From Adineta vaga (taxonomy: Eukaryota; Animalia; Rotifera), in the NCBI GenBank assembly GCA_021613535.1, contig CP075493.1, positions 12,276,001 through 12,340,000 on the forward strand: a stretch of DNA of 64,000 nucleotides, read 5' to 3'. The notes beneath the pieces are model-generated. The model was not told where the DNA came from. It ran no database searches and was given only the letters and a program-made list of their open reading frames with translations. Both the position numbers and the translations under genes were made by a program. Below, piece by piece: positions 60,992 to 64,000 of this stretch. How positions within the stretch are numbered: the stretch's first letter is position 1; every line of letters starts with the position of its first letter.

Positions 60992-62885
60992 TTAATCACG
61001 ACTTATTGTTATTGAAATATTAAAGCCAATAGATAATGTTTTATCAGAATGATTATAACCGAATCCTGATTTTGAATATTTAAGATCAGTATTTCGAAGA
61101 AACCAACGAAGAATACTGTTATCATCGAGTATATCATCAATTTGATTGGAAAACATTTTTATGGACACATGCTTTAATTTCTTCCAAAGACGACGATGTT
61201 TATAAATATTTTCATCGGCACTAAATAGTGTTTGAAAACAACAAAAATATAAGGATCTATTCAATGGAAAACATAAGGTTAAATATTCAACATTTGGAAA
61301 TTGTCGAGCAAATATTAAAATATCTTTGTCGTCAGTTAAACGATGTTCAACTGTTAAACTACGAACAAAAGGCTGAATAATATCATATGTTGAAGTGATA
61401 TCTGAAAGAAATTAAATCAAAATCGAGTTTTATACGAGATAAAATCTATACTTACGAATTTGTTTCGAAATAATTACTTTCGATATTCTTAATGGTAATT
61501 CAATATTAATTGGTAAATAAGTTCGTATTTGACGAATACGATGAAATTGTATCTTCAGTTCAGTCCATTGATGGTCATTTGTAATCATAAGATCTGTTAG
61601 ACATTCATTAGGTCCAGTACCTGATTGCACTACTCTATTCAATGTATCTTTTATTATCGGTAATTCACGGCGATCATGTTTATCGAATGGCCATGGTAAT
61701 GAATAGATATGCATCCAACAATGATTAAAATGTTCATAGTAAATAGTATTCATTAACCATTGAATGAAATTTGCAGTTAATGTTTGATCAGTAATTCGAT
61801 GTGTCATTGTATAATTAAATTGACAAAGATTTGGTAAGTATTCATTTAATATGGATTCAAATTGTGGACCTTGACAAAATAGTATGTCATATGTATCACG
61901 AATACTTAATGTTAATTTCATGACAAAAGGAATAAATGTAAGAATAGATTTCAAATCGGTCATAAGAAAATTAATACCCGATTCTAATAATGCAAATTGC
62001 GTTAATTGTTAACATAACGAAAGATTCGACGGACGAAAATCAGCTGCAAAACAAAAAGAAAATCTTTAATTTTAAAGTATATTTTGAACTTTCTTACAAA
62101 GTATTCGTGATCGATGTAGTTGAATAATCATGATTTTTACATTTGGTGTCAGTCCACTAAGTAATATATACAAATCATCAATCGTTTCAAGAACTAAATC
62201 GACGTAAGTAATCGATTGATTGGGTACTAATACTTGATGTAATACAAATCCATCAGGTATATCAATAATAACTTTTTGTAATGAAGATTTTTGTCGATTG
62301 ACTAATGGTTGGATCATATCTTTCTCTATGATGTGATGCTAAAAACAGAATAAAGAACATACACTAGAAAACGTTCTGGTTTGTGCTTTACGAATAGGAA
62401 CATCATTATTATCATTGTGATTCATTCGACAAAAACTAAATTGATTGTAGGTAAAGATAAATAATCGAAGAAACTCTGTGTCAAATGATGAATATATTCA
62501 TTATTTAATACTAATGAATCAGGCTGAAGAGGATGTTTTGTATTTGATAATAAATTTGACAGATAAATAAATTCTGCATTACTCATTTTATCTATTTCGA
62601 TTTTTTTTGTAGTAGTCTTGAATAATATGATGAAAACGAAAATATGAGTGTTCAGGTGTATAAAATGAATAAAGAACATGACTCGGTGTTAAATAACGAC
62701 ATATGAGAAGAAATATCTCAGTAGGTAAATCAGTTGCACGAGTTATATTCGAACGAAGACGTTTGCATGAAGATGAATCAGTTTCTAAAACATGAAATCA
62801 TCAAAGATATAAGTATAAGTGCATTGAACAATAAGAAATATAACAAACCATCTTCATCTAAAGAACGTTTTACGTCTGTTTCCAT
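60992..62885 (-). CDS. F-box-like protein (multi-exon, frameshift in A8 run at 62601-62608)
   Basis: METDVKRSLDED|ETDSSSCKRLRS..DLPTEIFLLICRYL, followed by LRR-like repeats and HIYSLPWPF. Confidence 0.7.
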
Positions 62886-63088
62886 TTTTCTACACTTTCA
62901 ATTGATTGTCTTCTTTTCACAATATATTTATAAGTAATGGAAATAAAGACTTGTTCGTCCAGATGAATATATCAGATGACCGGAATCATAGGTCATAATC
63001 GATTGAGATCAAATATTCACTAGACAATTTGGATGCTTATGATAATAATCATTTCCGAGAAAATCTTCGATTTTATATCTAATTGTAT

Positions 63089-63110
63089 ACCCACACTCTC
63101 ACCCTCAAGT
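63089..63110 (+). repeat. C-strand telomere-like repeat ending CCCTCAAG
   Basis: acccacactctcaccctcaag has the same end as the arms at 36526 and 42734. Confidence 0.55.
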
Positions 63111-63369
63111 TTCTAATCCTTAGAGAATCTAAGTGATAGCATAAACTAATATCTTTAGTCATATTATGCTTGATGTTGTCATTAATTCAACTGGAAATGC
63201 AGTGTCAATTTTGTTGAATAAGATGAAAAAAAGAAATCTTTATCAAAGCGTGAATAATCATTTAAAAAGATTTTTTCTCATTTATTTTATTTATATAATT
63301 TGAAGAAGACAGATATATTTTCTGTGAGATCAAAACAGGTAAGAAACTAATCTGTTGATACTTTTGGCA

Positions 63370-64000
63370 ATGAATTCTTCAATAAATGAATTCAGAAATA
63401 ATAGAACAGATTACACTGTAACTGCTCCTGTATCAATGATTTTCGCTGTAACTTCTGTTATTATTACTTCATTTATTTTGATAATTGTTTTATTTACAAA
63501 ACCATTACATACAGTTACTCGTTTATTAACTTGTAATACATGTTTAACATCAATATTATATTGTGTTGTTCAATTTAATAATTATATTTATCTCTTAGTA
63601 TTGACATGGGATAGAAACGATCAATCATGTCGATGGCGTGGTTATTTTGGATATCTAGCAATGGTTGCTTTTATTTATTCGTATGTTTTACAAGTTTTAT
63701 CACGATTCTTTTTTATTGTTTTATCAACTAAATATCGATGGTTAACTTCATTTCGAACACATTTTTATTTGATTTTCATTGGATGGATCATTATTTTAAT
63801 TATTCCGTTACCAGCAATTCTAACGAATGATATCTATTTTCGTGAAGGTGAACTCTGTTGGGTAACAAAAGAATATGAATTGCATTCGTATTATATTACC
63901 ATTGCATATTATGTCATACCAATTCTCTCGATTATTGTTATTAATGTGATGATATCTATTCGAATTTATCTGTATAGAAAAAATAGCCGAATACAGCGTC
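63370..64000 (+). CDS. Rhodopsin-like GPCR, 3' truncated by window edge; paralog of 41166-42005
   Basis: Open frame from ATG 63370: MNSSINEF..TAPVSMIF..LHTVTRLLTCN..CRWRGYFGYLAM. Confidence 0.88.
   Translation, partial: MNSSINEFRNNRTDYTVTAPVSMIFAVTSVIITSFILIIVLFTKPLHTVTRLLTCNTCLTSILYCVVQFNNYIYLLVLTWDRNDQSCRWRGYFGYLAMVAFIYSYVLQVLSRFFFIVLSTKYRWLTSFRTHFYLIFIGWIIILIIPLPAILTNDIYFREGELCWVTKEYELHSYYITIAYYVIPILSIIVINVMISIRIYLYRKNSRIQR

Noticed and set aside
1-64000. Prokaryotic origin, operons, or rRNA/tRNA genes
   Set aside because: Spliceosomal introns and metazoan GPCRs occur throughout, and no structured RNA gene was recognisable by eye.

Overview
This is AT-rich eukaryotic DNA with short (about 45-65 bp) GT-AG introns. 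Its gene content most resembles a bdelloid rotifer genome (inferred from family composition, not from a search). The relevant families are intronless rhodopsin-like GPCRs, an LDLa/EGF-GPCR, an NHL/REJ/GPS protein, F-box-like proteins and ART and FG-GAP relics, plus TGTGGG/TGAGGG telomere-like repeats. The window holds about 25 genes, including V-ATPase subunit A, GST, an aldo-keto reductase, a carboxylesterase, a 2OG-Fe(II) oxygenase and cytochrome b561. Several genes look non-metazoan in origin, and there are pseudogenes and two small TIR elements. The most striking observations are: (1) a single-chain protein with three tandem TM-Cys-rich ectodomain-TM modules, possibly a natural concatenated trimeric channel; (2) a family of about 50-bp mini-elements with inverted telomere-repeat arms around a shared 19-bp core; (3) a 1.4-kb duplicated gene cassette whose ends coincide with those telomere-like arms; (4) an intron-split CS-alpha-beta defensin missed by the ORF track; (5) a divergent V-ATPase A. 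Many genes carry frameshifts, and some of these may be assembly errors.
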